Shown piece by piece: positions 1 through 10,010 of a stretch of 64,000 nt of DNA. The number at the start of each line of letters is the position of its first letter. Position 1 is the stretch's first letter. The stretch is from an uncultured virus (IMG/VR IMGVR_UViG_3300042510_001812) (taxonomy: Duplodnaviria; Heunggongvirae; Uroviricota; Caudoviricetes). Below the pieces are notes generated by a model, which was not told the DNA's origin, did not search any database, and saw only the letters and a list, made by a program, of their open reading frames with translations. The stretch lies in IMG/VR virus record IMGVR_UViG_3300042510_001812, one strand, 5' to 3'. Position numbers and translations under genes: made by a program.

Positions 1-114
1 AACCCCTATTTCATCGGCATAGCGAACAATCTCATTCTTTTGAGCACCCGTAACAGAGAGGGCAATGCCGTACTTGCGGTTAGGGAACTTGGCTAGTTCT
101 CGCTTACGAACCAT
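1..114 (-). CDS. small DNA-binding protein, probable ribbon-helix-helix (runs off window start)
   Basis: Manual translation MVRKRELAKFPNRKYGIALSVTGAQKNEIVRYADEIGV; overlaps the stop of the upstream gene. Confidence 0.45.
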   Translation of the reverse strand, partial: MVRKRELAKFPNRKYGIALSVTGAQKNEIVRYADEIGV

Positions 115-271
115 CCCGAATAACCAAAGCCTTTATATAGTCTGTAAGGGTAAGGTCGACGGCTTCAGCTTGGGCAATAAGGCGTTCTTTAAATGCCCTA
201 TCCACTTTGATGGTTACAGTCGTATTCTCTTTGACTGGGTGGACAACTGGACGCCCCTGATTCCGTTTCAT
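104..271 (-). CDS. ribbon-helix-helix (CopG/Arc-like) protein, 55 aa
   Basis: Manual translation MKRNQGRP...TTVTIKVDRAFKERLIAQAEAVDLTLTDYIKALV fits the RHH pattern; below the ORF-track cutoff. Confidence 0.6.
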   Translation of the reverse strand: MKRNQGRPVVHPVKENTTVTIKVDRAFKERLIAQAEAVDLTLTDYIKALVIRDGS

Positions 272-280
272 AGCCAGATG

Positions 281-421
281 TTAGCGGATAACTAGGTTAT
301 GGATGAGCAGGGCTATATAGGTAACAGAAAGAGCACGAATCCAGAAGGAGGCACGGGAATACGAGATGACGAAAATAGCCGCCAGCCCTATAAGGAAGAA
401 GGTGTATTGGATGATTGACAT
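281..421 (-). CDS. small membrane protein, 46 aa
   Basis: MSIIQYTFFLIGLAAIFVISYSRASFWIRALSVTYIALLIHNLVIR; two hydrophobic segments; AAGG upstream. Confidence 0.45.
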   Translation of the reverse strand: MSIIQYTFFLIGLAAIFVISYSRASFWIRALSVTYIALLIHNLVIR

Positions 422-608
422 AGGTGACCTTTCAGACTGCGAGGGTAACTAGGAGACGAATTGCCCACCAGCATAGCCAGAGGTAGACGGAAATACCGGC
501 AATCCAGAGAAAGGAAACGTATGTCCACTTCCAAAAGACTGAAAAAGAGGCAAAAAACTTGCGCGCGTGCGGGTTTTTCGTTTCAAAATTTTTTTTGTCA
601 GTGCTCAA

Positions 609-1082
609 CTACAAATCCTCCTTTTGTATTGCGTACTTGTCTTGCTCTAGCTTCTGGACCACCTGCTCATACGTCCGTACGAAGACCTCTCTATCGCCAT
701 TGGTGTGCATGTCGTACGAAACTTCCCCTAATTTATTTAGCGTAATTTTTAGGGCCTCATCGAAAGGGGGTCTTTCTGTTTGGGCACCGGAATGTACCTC
801 TTTTAATATCCCCTGAAAAATACCCCAAGCAGAATAGGCATCTAAAAATGGGGGTATTTTATTACGGGTATCTATTGCGGTGCGTCGTACGTCCCCAGGC
901 CTGGGCATGAACTTGGCGTGTGTCGCTAGCTGGATGAAGGCCGACTTGACTTCCTCGTACTCTAAGTCGCGCAGTAACTCATGCCATGCGCTAAAGGTTG
1001 CCTTCTCATCTACTTTCAGTAGCTGTTGGTTGTAGGTGGCGTATGCCTGCCTGACTATCTCGACTGTCTGCTCTTTGGTAAT
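609..1082 (-). CDS. replicative helicase loader/inhibitor (SPP1 G39P-like)
   Basis: Frame stays open upstream of the tracked ATG908: (I)TKEQTVEIVRQAYATY...FSAWHELLRDLEYEEV...KFMPRPGDV resembles the G39P N-domain; probable ATT start overlapping the upstream TGA. Confidence 0.6.
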   Translation of the reverse strand: MTKEQTVEIVRQAYATYNQQLLKVDEKATFSAWHELLRDLEYEEVKSAFIQLATHAKFMPRPGDVRRTAIDTRNKIPPFLDAYSAWGIFQGILKEVHSGAQTERPPFDEALKITLNKLGEVSYDMHTNGDREVFVRTYEQVVQKLEQDKYAIQKEDL

Positions 1083-1495
1083 CAGAATGGTTCCTCGTTT
1101 GTGGTGTCGTCTGATACTAGGGCAAGGAAGCGCTCAATGTGCTCTGAGTCTCGCAGGATGAGTTCTATATCGTTGTACACACGGTTGTTCTTGTTACGGC
1201 CCATGTGGAAGTCTGAGCGAGAGCAGCCGACTATAGCGTCCCTACAGGCGTCTAGTCCATAGTCGTGTATTGCAGCTCCTATAGCTTGTCTGCGCTTCTC
1301 ATCTAGTACTACGCGCTTCTTATTGAACGTCAGCACCCAGAAGTCGAATACTTCTTTTATTTGGTTCTGGTCTACAAGTAAGGACTTCTTGTTCTTACTT
1401 ATTGTTGCAGCACGGGGGCGTTTTTGAGGTCCCCTTTTCTTAGCTGGTTGGGTCATTTCAAAAAGCCTTTCCACCACCGTAATATTTGAAGACAT
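1082..1495 (-). CDS. phage replication initiator-like protein (C-terminal domain type)
   Basis: EVFDFW...RRQAI...SDFHMGRN...DIELILR pattern; AGGGGG SD before ATG1495; adjacent to the loader gene. Confidence 0.5.
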   Translation of the reverse strand: MSSNITVVERLFEMTQPAKKRGPQKRPRAATISKNKKSLLVDQNQIKEVFDFWVLTFNKKRVVLDEKRRQAIGAAIHDYGLDACRDAIVGCSRSDFHMGRNKNNRVYNDIELILRDSEHIERFLALVSDDTTNEEPF

Positions 1496-2093
1496 AGTTC
1501 TCCCCCTTAAAGATTGAATGTTACAAGTTGTATAGGTGAATCTATAGGCTACGGAGAAACATTTTTTCGTGGAAGAATGTTGCGACTCATACTGACTGTG
1601 AGTTGTTGATTTGTTCCACGAAACAAACTGAATTGGAACAGAAAAGCTAAGTGTCCCACTTTGGAAGGGGTACGGGGAAACCTTTTGTTTCCGCAGACCC
1701 ACCAAATACGCCACAATGTAAGCCCTCTGAAAATTTCAGAAAGTTAATCTAGGTGATTCAGTTGTAGGCCTACGTATTTCACTGGGAGCTACCCAGCGGC
1801 ATTTAAGTTAGCAGAGTCTTCCACCACCGTCAACCTCAAAACGAAGATTTTTCAGATTTTTTTTTCGGCCATCTGGTTTGATTTATCCAGAGCCATCTCG
1901 TGACCTGCGCACGGTTCCGCTGCGGGGCTTTAACCTATGATATATTTTACCCTCGATGCCGGAGGGTCCCCCCTTTCTCCTTCTGGTGTCACTCGACCCC
2001 GGGGTTGAGATAAAGCGGGTTAGTAGGTGGCGCGCTTGGTCTCCTCCGGGGTCACTTTTTCCCGGCCTTTCCACCACCGTCATGTAAAAGAAG

Positions 2094-2621
2094 TTATTTT
2101 TTCTTTTTCTTCTTCGGTGTCTGGGGTTTTTCTTCGTTGAAGTCGTCGTCTTCAAACTCATATTCCTCTGATGAAATCATCCGTATGTGCTCCATGGCTA
2201 ACCGGCTGCTCTGCGTGTCAGCTACCTGTTTCCAAAGTTTTCTGGATGGCTTCTTGCTTGATATTTGCACTAGCGCGTACATGCTGGTTTCGAATTCCAG
2301 GAGGTCAGCATCTGATTGACTTACGTCCCAGGACGAATACTCATTGAAAACACCTGAAACCAATAGCGCGTCTAAAGGAATAGCTGCTGCAGTCATGTTC
2401 TGGAACAGCACATAAGGCTGAACTGATTTTGCATCTTCGTCATGCGCGCCGACGATACCCCAGCCAATAATTTGAAATTTGCGTCTGCAGCTCCTGGGAA
2501 AAGTGATTTTTAATTTGCCTTTTCTATCGTCCAGTGCTCCGCCCACGTAGAGAAGATAGGCAAAAAGCGGAGTTAATTGTGGGGTGAGCTGGAGCTCAGA
2601 AGATTCGAAATGGGAAGCCAT
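2094..2621 (-). CDS. hypothetical protein
   Basis: ORF track; SD AAAGG before MASHF; acidic then basic C-terminus. Confidence 0.6.
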   Translation of the reverse strand: MASHFESSELQLTPQLTPLFAYLLYVGGALDDRKGKLKITFPRSCRRKFQIIGWGIVGAHDEDAKSVQPYVLFQNMTAAAIPLDALLVSGVFNEYSSWDVSQSDADLLEFETSMYALVQISSKKPSRKLWKQVADTQSSRLAMEHIRMISSEEYEFEDDDFNEEKPQTPKKKKKK

Positions 2622-2716
2622 AGTAAATTTTCCTTTTTTAGTGTTTTCCCCTCGAGACCAGAACGTTCCGTGAATCTGAGCTCGAGGGAAATCTGTGAAT
2701 TTTTTAACTTTTTTGA

Positions 2717-3352
2717 CTATTCTGCGGCCGGCGCCAGGGGAAGTAAAAACCAATTTCTTTCCCACATGATGCCGATTGACGCGTAACCGATGACGTCGAT
2801 GAAGTTATCCACCACCGATTCGTTTTCTGGAGCCCTGCCATCCTGCAGCAGGTTCTCGAGGCGCGCGACCTTGTCATGCATTCTCACGAGTAGACCGGCG
2901 CGACCGAATCGAGCAATGTTATGGTGCCCATAGTCGCGCTGCTTCTTAACAAGAATCTTTGATATATCATCAACGTGATATGCAAGCTGCTCATCTATTT
3001 CGATAAAGACATTTTTTTTCTCAGCAACAACAGCTGAAGTTCTTCCCAAGATGGCCCAGTACTCTGCCGCCACTTTTCCTGGAATTTCTTTCTTCGACTC
3101 TGGTCCCATCTCGTCGATTAAATAATCGAGATATTCTCTGACGTCTGACATCCGGTCCCACGTGTTGAAAGAATGATTAAAAATCTGAAAAACTGCACGG
3201 CGTGCTGCGTCGTCCCAGGTAGTGGGAGCTTTGCGCCCGTAGACCCAGTCGACCATTTTGACGAGGTCAAGCTGACCATCGGTCATGGTTTCCACCACCG
3301 TCGAATTAATAGGGACGTCAAACTTTGTTTGTTGCATTACAGGTCCTTCCAT
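2717..3352 (-). CDS. DUF1599 / nucleotide-modification-associated domain protein
   Basis: C-terminal KKQRDYG...VRMHDKVARLENL...ESVVDNFIDVIGY motif. Confidence 0.7.
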   Translation of the reverse strand: MEGPVMQQTKFDVPINSTVVETMTDGQLDLVKMVDWVYGRKAPTTWDDAARRAVFQIFNHSFNTWDRMSDVREYLDYLIDEMGPESKKEIPGKVAAEYWAILGRTSAVVAEKKNVFIEIDEQLAYHVDDISKILVKKQRDYGHHNIARFGRAGLLVRMHDKVARLENLLQDGRAPENESVVDNFIDVIGYASIGIMWERNWFLLPLAPAAE

Positions 3353-3765
3353 GTGGGTGGGTTCGACTCACACTCTAGCGTAATTTTGTCATTTAGCAAC
3401 TCCAGGAATTCAACCCATGCTTCATCTTGGAGCCCCGGTGTTAGTTGTTCGATGTAATCGATTTGGTCTTGAATGTATTCCTTGGAGAAAGCGGCCAGGA
3501 TTACATTTGGATTCGAGCACGGAAATAGTACCGGTCCATTCACATTGCCGATTGACGACTCTGGCACGTGGATTGCTTTTATTGCGTAGGCACCATCAGT
3601 AGACACAAATATAACGTTGTGTTCTTTCTGTTCAGTTTCTTCGAGTTCCTCGAGCATTGCTGCGGCGACGTCATCATTTATTCCTGAGGCTGCCAAGGCT
3701 GCAGTTAACTCTTCTTTTCGCTCGAATGGGACTGAAGCTTCAAAGTCATCAAATGGATTTTTCAA
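3337..3765 (-). CDS. hypothetical acidic protein
   Basis: ORF track; GGAGG SD; operon overlap. Confidence 0.65.
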   Translation of the reverse strand: MKNPFDDFEASVPFERKEELTAALAASGINDDVAAAMLEELEETEQKEHNVIFVSTDGAYAIKAIHVPESSIGNVNGPVLFPCSNPNVILAAFSKEYIQDQIDYIEQLTPGLQDEAWVEFLELLNDKITLECESNPPTWKDL

Positions 3766-3889
3766 TTACACCTCCATGGGCTGAGCTCATTGTACTCGCG
3801 CGCATCCCAGATGTTAAGTTTTGTTGTAATAAATAATTAAATGTCAACTGTTTCCGTGAGGCAGCGGATGCCGTACTAATCTCTGCTTT

Positions 3890-4261
3890 ATGGATAACAC
3901 GACAAGATTCAATACCTATGTTAAAGCCCTTTCTCAGTTCGCCGCGCGCGAAGGACATTGCAATGTTCCAGCCATCCATACTGAAATTGTTGAAAATAAT
4001 GATGTCACACTGGGAGCTTGGGTTGGCTATGTTCGCCAGAGACGAAGAAAAAATCAACTTTCTGAAGAGCGCGCGACTGCCATCCAGGCTGTTTCCGGCT
4101 GGCAATGGGGTCCACTGAAGCCTGGTCCTGCTACAGATGCTGATAGAAATTATGAAATTTTGCAGATGCGCGCAGCCGGTTCTTCGCTCCGCCAAATTGC
4201 AGATAAATTTGATTTGAGTCGGCAGCGCGTCCATCAAATTGTTAAAAATATTCAGGTGTAA
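3890..4261 (+). CDS. helicase-associated (HA) domain plus sigma70-region-4-like HTH protein
   Basis: FAAREGHCNVP...LGAWV...QR...LSEER...GWQW (HA domain); SLRQIADKFDLSRQRVHQI (HTH). Confidence 0.75.
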   Translation: MDNTTRFNTYVKALSQFAAREGHCNVPAIHTEIVENNDVTLGAWVGYVRQRRRKNQLSEERATAIQAVSGWQWGPLKPGPATDADRNYEILQMRAAGSSLRQIADKFDLSRQRVHQIVKNIQV

Positions 4262-4451
4262 ACCAGACACCGGGTCGATAGAAAAATTGTCAAAAAAACG
4301 ATTTTTTTCACCATCGGCGGCCGGCCCAGTCTTCTGAGAAAAGTTATTTTTTTGCGCATCTGAGCTGCACGTGAAGTGTTCAAAAAAACTGGAAATCTGA
4401 TATCGCCCAGAACGTGCACACGAGTCAGCCGTCTGGGTATGATTAGAAATC

Positions 4452-4754
4452 ATGAAAAAGAAATCCTTTCCACCACCGTCATATAACGAACGACACGGGT
4501 ACGACCTGTACGACGACACGGAAGACGATGACGACGAATCAAAAAAGAACATTGCTGGCGCGCTCGCCGTTGGGCTCATTGGGCACGCAGCGACAATACT
4601 TTTGTACTCTGTCATCATCAATGGATTGCTTTCAATTGGTCGGGAGTCCCGGGTTTTTGATTGGCAAATTTCGTTTCGCAATTTAGTGACTGCAGTATTT
4701 CTAGTGCAGGCGCTGCGAATTTGGGACAGGGCTATTCGCTCTCGTCAACAATAG
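4452..4754 (+). CDS. membrane protein
   Basis: ORF track; two hydrophobic segments. Confidence 0.55.
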   Translation: MKKKSFPPPSYNERHGYDLYDDTEDDDDESKKNIAGALAVGLIGHAATILLYSVIINGLLSIGRESRVFDWQISFRNLVTAVFLVQALRIWDRAIRSRQQ

Positions 4755-5049
4755 TTAAACGAGGCTGTCTGAACCCACTGGTTGGGTGATTGGCTCTGGA
4801 CATCTCTATGGAGTGAACCATCTCTGTGAGGCTCACCCAAATGCCGTCCAGCGGTAAAGAGAATTTAATTCTTTCTTCCTCTGTAAAGCGCGTTGCGTGG
4901 CTGAGTCTCGTCCAACCAAGTTCGTTATTCCAGTACATGTCAGGAGCGTCATCATCGTGCTCGCTGACACTAAGAATTACGAATTCAAGAGGCTTGTCAA
5001 TCGCCTTGTTCTGAATGAGGGTAAATTTATTCTGCACTGAAAACTCCAT
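4732..5049 (-). CDS. hypothetical protein
   Basis: ORF track; operon with 5027-5215. Confidence 0.6.
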   Translation of the reverse strand: MEFSVQNKFTLIQNKAIDKPLEFVILSVSEHDDDAPDMYWNNELGWTRLSHATRFTEEERIKFSLPLDGIWVSLTEMVHSIEMSRANHPTSGFRQPRLTIVDESE

Positions 5050-5215
5050 CGCAGTAGTCCTGTACTAGTTCTGCAAGTAGACCATCAACAAAGTTTTCTA
5101 CTCTTCCTTCAATCTCACTACCGATGTTCTTCCATTCTTCATCGGTGAGTGGGCCCTCAATCCAGTGTTCAACATCTTCTCTAGTAACTGGTTCAAACTT
5201 TACTTCTTTTTCCAT
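5027..5215 (-). CDS. hypothetical protein
   Basis: Leader CAACTACTAACAAGGAG before ATG. Confidence 0.65.
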   Translation of the reverse strand: MEKEVKFEPVTREDVEHWIEGPLTDEEWKNIGSEIEGRVENFVDGLLAELVQDYCDGVFSAE

Positions 5216-5371
5216 GACTGCTCCTTGTTAGTAGTTGTTAGTAATTCTATATCGAATTTAGTGAATCCCCCCAGCGTTGAAAGGAGGGTAAGGACGCTGA
5301 AGGGATTACACCTGCGCCGATTAAAGCGCATGTCGTGAGGCAAGCCGACACCTGCCCCACGACACTCCTCG

Positions 5372-6910
5372 TTAGATAAGTTCAGTTCCGTTCAGTTCCT
5401 TGTATGTTCGTTTAAACATTTCAGGATAGATACTTACTGCCTTATCGCCAGCCTTTAGTTTTTTCAGTTGGTCAATCGCTTCGTCAACATGAGGCACAAC
5501 AACGATGTTGTTTTTCTTACAGAAGTTAATGCACTGCATGGCAAGAACTGCTTCATAATTGCCACCCGCACCGCACACTCCACCGTCAGTAACCCAAAGA
5601 ATTGGTGACTTAGAAGTTTGCTTCTGCTTCACGCCCCACTCAATTGCAGGGAAGTCAACTCCGTTGCCATATCCAACACTAGGAAGTTGATTAACCATTT
5701 TGCCTTTATGAGAAACAACCCAAAGGTTTGTTGCGTTTGCGTCACCCTTGTCGGTGTACACAGCCACAGTTGCACCCGGAGCGTTCTCAATGATTTTCGT
5801 AAGTTGTTCTCTACTGAATGACATTGAACCACTTCCGTCAATGATTACAACTCCACCAGTGCCACGAATTACCTTGTCAAAGATTCTCATCTGTGGGTCG
5901 GTAATCATTCGGTGCATTCGGCGTGGACGCATTCCCATATTGGAAGCAACACGCTTCTTTCCCAAGTTGCCTCTTGACAACACTGGCATTGGCATAAACT
6001 CAATGTTTAGTTTTTGCCATGACGCAACTCGGTATGTCGCATTGGAACTGGTGATTCCCTTGTAAGGGTTTCCGTCCTCTTTGCCTTGGTCAGTTGGTTT
6101 GATTCCCTTGTTGGAGTGCTTACCAGTACCCTCGTTGGCTTCACCGTCCTCGCCCTCTGCGCCCTCTGATTCCTCACCGTCTTGACCAAGAGCCTTGCGG
6201 AGTTTTGCTTCCTCACGCTCTCTACGAGCCTTTTCTTTTTCCTCTGCTATCTGCTCGGGTGACTTTGCGCAAAGACGGTCAACCCATTCAGCCAGTCGTT
6301 CTGTGTGAACGAATCCCAAAGGGAATAGACCGCTAGTTGGGTCAACTTTTGTTGAGGCAAGGTTGGAGTACTTGTCAGCCTTTTTCATTTCCTTGACTGC
6401 TCGCTTGGAGATATCAAGAAGTATCGCACCCCACTCTCGTTTGTGTCTGCGGATTCCGTTTAGCAATAGTTTGTTGGACGCAGTGCCAGCAGTAGCAACT
6501 GCCATTTGCACAGCACCAGCCCAATCCTCTGTCGCACCAAGTCGTTCACCGTCAGCCGTTTCACCACCGTCTGCAAGGTCGTTCTTAACATCAAACCCTG
6601 CCTTTTGGCAAAGATAGTTAACACGCAATTCCTCAACAACAACCATTGATTCTTGTGTTGCAATTTTGCGTTCAATCCATTTCGACCAATCATCAGCAGG
6701 CGATACTTTTGCGTGAACCATTTCATGCGCACGAATCGCCCGAGCGAGTGAATCATCGTCAGTAGGAACTTTCATTTCCCTTGTAACGATGTTGGTGCAA
6801 GGTTCGCCACGAATTGCACGAACCTCGCCCACCGTCCACACGCCACCGTCCACATCGTTGCGTGAAAGGAACTCGGGTTCAGCCGAGATACGCTTTTTTA
6901 CAGTTTTCAT
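5372..6910 (-). CDS. vWA (MIDAS) domain protein with N-terminal HExxH motif (CobT/ViaA-like partner)
   Basis: HEMVH; IIDGSGSMS MIDAS motif; WVTDG; coupled to the AAA+ gene. Confidence 0.75.
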   Translation of the reverse strand: MKTVKKRISAEPEFLSRNDVDGGVWTVGEVRAIRGEPCTNIVTREMKVPTDDDSLARAIRAHEMVHAKVSPADDWSKWIERKIATQESMVVVEELRVNYLCQKAGFDVKNDLADGGETADGERLGATEDWAGAVQMAVATAGTASNKLLLNGIRRHKREWGAILLDISKRAVKEMKKADKYSNLASTKVDPTSGLFPLGFVHTERLAEWVDRLCAKSPEQIAEEKEKARREREEAKLRKALGQDGEESEGAEGEDGEANEGTGKHSNKGIKPTDQGKEDGNPYKGITSSNATYRVASWQKLNIEFMPMPVLSRGNLGKKRVASNMGMRPRRMHRMITDPQMRIFDKVIRGTGGVVIIDGSGSMSFSREQLTKIIENAPGATVAVYTDKGDANATNLWVVSHKGKMVNQLPSVGYGNGVDFPAIEWGVKQKQTSKSPILWVTDGGVCGAGGNYEAVLAMQCINFCKKNNIVVVPHVDEAIDQLKKLKAGDKAVSIYPEMFKRTYKELNGTELI

Positions 6911-7632
6911 TTTGACAACTTCTCAATCGCAATAGCGTCAAGAATTGACTGCGCCCTGTCACCGAATGTCAACTGGCTTGCTCGCTCGTCACCAAGACCC
7001 TTGCGGAGTTGGTCGTAAGCGATGAATGCTCGCAGTGAGATACGGCGTTCGCCAGCGTCAGCCATACGAACTGCGAACTGGCGCAATTCAGGTGAGAGAC
7101 GAAGCAGAGCGCTCGGGTGTGGTTCGTTGATACGAATCTTGATTGGGAATCGGTCAGTGAGAGCCGTTGGCAATTCGCCCATGTTCTCAACATTGGTGGT
7201 CATGATTGCAGAGAAGCCTGCATTGGGACGGTGAACCCGACCAGTGTCAGGGTGTTCAAAGGAAGCCGATTCAGGTGAATCCAACATCGCCAAGAGCGTT
7301 GCATAAACATCGCCCGAAGCCTTGTCAATTTCGTCCACGATTAAGCGACCGCCCTTAATGCCGTTGCCTGCCCAAGCCTTTAAAGCCGAACCGTCAAGCC
7401 ACTTAGTGCCACCCTTACCGTCAGGTAGGAATGTTCCAGTAACATCCATGTTGGTCATGTCCTCTGTGCAGACCAATCGGAATGCTCCTGCTTCAACATC
7501 GCCGATGTTCATTCCAGCGTATGTCTTGCCGATACCCGAAGGTCCAAAAAGGATTACTCGGTCAACACCGTTGTTGAGAGCGTCCTCTAGGTCTTGCCAG
7601 CACTGTGGCAGTTTGGTTTGTGTAGTAGTCAT
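6907..7632 (-). CDS. MoxR/CbbQ-like AAA+ ATPase
   Basis: Walker A GPSGIGKT, Walker B IVDEIDKA, sensor TTN, ALTDRF. Confidence 0.85.
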   Translation of the reverse strand: MTTTQTKLPQCWQDLEDALNNGVDRVILFGPSGIGKTYAGMNIGDVEAGAFRLVCTEDMTNMDVTGTFLPDGKGGTKWLDGSALKAWAGNGIKGGRLIVDEIDKASGDVYATLLAMLDSPESASFEHPDTGRVHRPNAGFSAIMTTNVENMGELPTALTDRFPIKIRINEPHPSALLRLSPELRQFAVRMADAGERRISLRAFIAYDQLRKGLGDERASQLTFGDRAQSILDAIAIEKLSK

Positions 7633-7903
7633 TTTTCCCTCCTTAAGGGTGTTTGTTTAGTTGTGTCTATCGTACATCACGGAATACCAAATTTCCAAAA
7701 TCACTTGACACCGTGAGGCAGTAGTTACTCTACATCATGCGATACCAAATTTCCAAAATCGCTAGACACTCACATTACCTATAGAGCAATTTTTTGATTT
7801 TCTTGCAGGGGTGTAACAGAGTTTCCCCGGGGCTATGGCTCTCGATTGTTAGGCTGACCTAACACCTGTTGCCGGGGCTTAAGAAAAATGAATGAACCGG
7901 GAG

Positions 7904-8086
7904 CTAGTTGCAACCACAGCAGGCTGAGCAAAAGACAACTTCGCCATGCTCGGTGCAGTCAGCGCGGCGCGACTCACAAATAATGCAATTTTCTGCAGAC
8001 ATGGCAGCCTGCGCACGACGCTCCGCCTTTTTCTCTCCACGGTTCTTGCCTATCTTGTAGACAACATAGCCACCGAGCAAACCCAT
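7904..8086 (-). CDS. small Cys-rich (zinc-finger-like) protein
   Basis: CIIC...C...H...CSAC. Confidence 0.5.
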   Translation of the reverse strand: MGLLGGYVVYKIGKNRGEKKAERRAQAAMSAENCIICESRRADCTEHGEVVFCSACCGCN

Positions 8087-8380
8087 TAAAGGTCGCGCCT
8101 ACTTTTGTATTTTCTTTCAGCACTGATGTCGTCCCACAATAGAAGGACTGCGCCAGCGACTGCGATGATACAGACACTCATGATGATGATGTAACCAGCC
8201 ACCAGTATCCCCTGAAGCATTAGATACCCGACTTCCTATTAGCCTCGTCTTTTGGCTGTTTGCTTCTTTCTGCCCAACAATTCGGACAGAAGTATGCGTT
8301 ATCTATTACATCAGTAAAGCCATCTGTCGTAGTGTCATCATTGCAATCAAAACACTCAATTCCTATTTGGTTGCTGACGG

Positions 8381-8884
8381 TCATTTCATTTCCCTATCAG
8401 CCTTGGCGTCTCGGACTTCCCATAGACCCTTCTTTATCTTTCTGAAGGTAGGAGACTCCTGAACATACTTCAGGGTGGTCGGGTAGGAGAATCCACACTG
8501 CTCCATGAGTTGTTCCGTGGTGTACTGCTCAAAGTGGTGCTGGTTAGCCCATTTCAGGAAGGCGTCCCACTTGTCAGCACGCTTCTCTGTCTTGATTTCA
8601 TCTACGACAGACTCCTCATCTACCTGAATACCGCAGTATTCGCTTGATACATCCGCGATTACAGCGTCAGGGAGCGAGTAGGAGAGCATGGTACGGATAG
8701 GACTGCCCTTTGCTCCGTCACGATTCCACACTTGGAGAACATGTAACGCCCTTGTGTAGTCACTGATACCTTGGGAGACTTCCCGTGGCACGGCGAACTT
8801 GTCCCCGAACTCGTCAATGGCTTCAGCCCAACGAGAGTTGTGGATATCGGTAATGAATGATTCGGTTATTGACTTTTTCAACAT
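8381..8884 (-). CDS. hypothetical protein (possible C-terminal winged helix)
   Basis: First gene after promoter 8923; SD AAGGA. Confidence 0.7.
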   Translation of the reverse strand: MLKKSITESFITDIHNSRWAEAIDEFGDKFAVPREVSQGISDYTRALHVLQVWNRDGAKGSPIRTMLSYSLPDAVIADVSSEYCGIQVDEESVVDEIKTEKRADKWDAFLKWANQHHFEQYTTEQLMEQCGFSYPTTLKYVQESPTFRKIKKGLWEVRDAKADREMK

Positions 8885-9103
8885 AGTAGATACTTCCTTT
8901 CATCACCTATCCTACAACAGGCGATACCAAATTTCCAAAATGAGGGTCTTCCCCCACCGTCAATAAGGGATGGCCCCCCGGAGGTCGTCCAATTTTTTGA
9001 TTTTTTTGAATATTTCAGCTGTTTTTTGAATACTCTATTTGAATACAACCAGGCCCTTCGGCCGAACAGTGCTACTACCCACTATCCGGCCCGAGCCCCG
9101 GTT

Positions 9104-9382
9104 TTACCCTTTTGTTTTTTCGAAAGATTTGTTCCAGGTGTGCGTGTAGTAGTAACTTGCGGTCGTCTTAAGCTTTCCCTCGATGTGAAATTTAACTCGA
9201 AGGTATTCAATAGCCGCCGCTACCTCTTCATCGGTGAAGTCATTATCTGTGTCGTTGCCCCAGTAACCATTTAAAAAATCGCTTTTTGCTGTATCAACAG
9301 CATCTTCACCGGTTGTGGACAGCGTGTAGTAATTCTCCTCAAGAATCTCTGCAATCTGCGCAAGGACATCCATGTCAATCAT
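9104..9382 (-). CDS. hypothetical protein
   Basis: ORF track; ATGA overlap. Confidence 0.6.
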   Translation of the reverse strand: MIDMDVLAQIAEILEENYYTLSTTGEDAVDTAKSDFLNGYWGNDTDNDFTDEEVAAAIEYLRVKFHIEGKLKTTASYYYTHTWNKSFEKTKG

Positions 9383-9792
9383 TGCTTCTCACTTTTCAAC
9401 ATCGTGTACAGGTCGTCTATGACGCCACCAATACTTTCCTCAACTTCAGTGTTGATGTTCTCTTCAATTGTTTCTTCTATCTTTGCTAATCCAGCAACAA
9501 AACCATCCCAAAGGTCATCAAGCATTTCGTGTTCTTCAGGGGTGAATTTCGGACCCATAGGGATATTCCTTATCTCTACTTCTCCATCGCTCATGAGTTC
9601 CATGAGTTCATCTGGAGCAAGAGCCTGACGACGCCTTTCTGAAAAGATTCGTCCGTCTTTATCAAAAAGTCCAGTACTCATTCTGCGATTAGCGTCCTTG
9701 AATACTGAGATTGCCTCGATGATGAGTGTTATCTCTTCAAGGGTGAATCTTTTTTTACTCATTGAAGCGGTTACTCTTTTTTTCCTAGCCAT
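9379..9792 (-). CDS. hypothetical protein
   Basis: ORF track; coupled operon. Confidence 0.65.
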   Translation of the reverse strand: MARKKRVTASMSKKRFTLEEITLIIEAISVFKDANRRMSTGLFDKDGRIFSERRRQALAPDELMELMSDGEVEIRNIPMGPKFTPEEHEMLDDLWDGFVAGLAKIEETIEENINTEVEESIGGVIDDLYTMLKSEKQ

Positions 9793-10010
9793 TACAAGGT
9801 CCTTCCTGAGAACTCAAACCATTCATCATAGGTCATGCCAATAGTTCCGACAAACTCTGCATTCTCATAGAAGTCCATGATAAAGCCCTCATGAGTGATT
9901 CCAATGTTGATGAACTTGGCGTTGACCTCGTCATAGCCACTCGTAAAAACGGTTACATCCTTGCGTGAATGCTGATTGACATCAAATGTCATCTTCTCAT
10001 TGTCGCTCAC
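9792..10010 (-). CDS. hypothetical protein
   Basis: ORF track; coupled operon. Confidence 0.6.
   Translation of the reverse strand: MSDNEKMTFDVNQHSRKDVTVFTSGYDEVNAKFINIGITHEGFIMDFYENAEFVGTIGMTYDEWFEFSGRTL

Noticed and set aside
3749..4681. 310-aa minus-strand ORF and similar long shadow ORFs (33927-34406, 47586-48317)
   Set aside because: They are antisense to genes with recognisable domains and have no SD or motifs.
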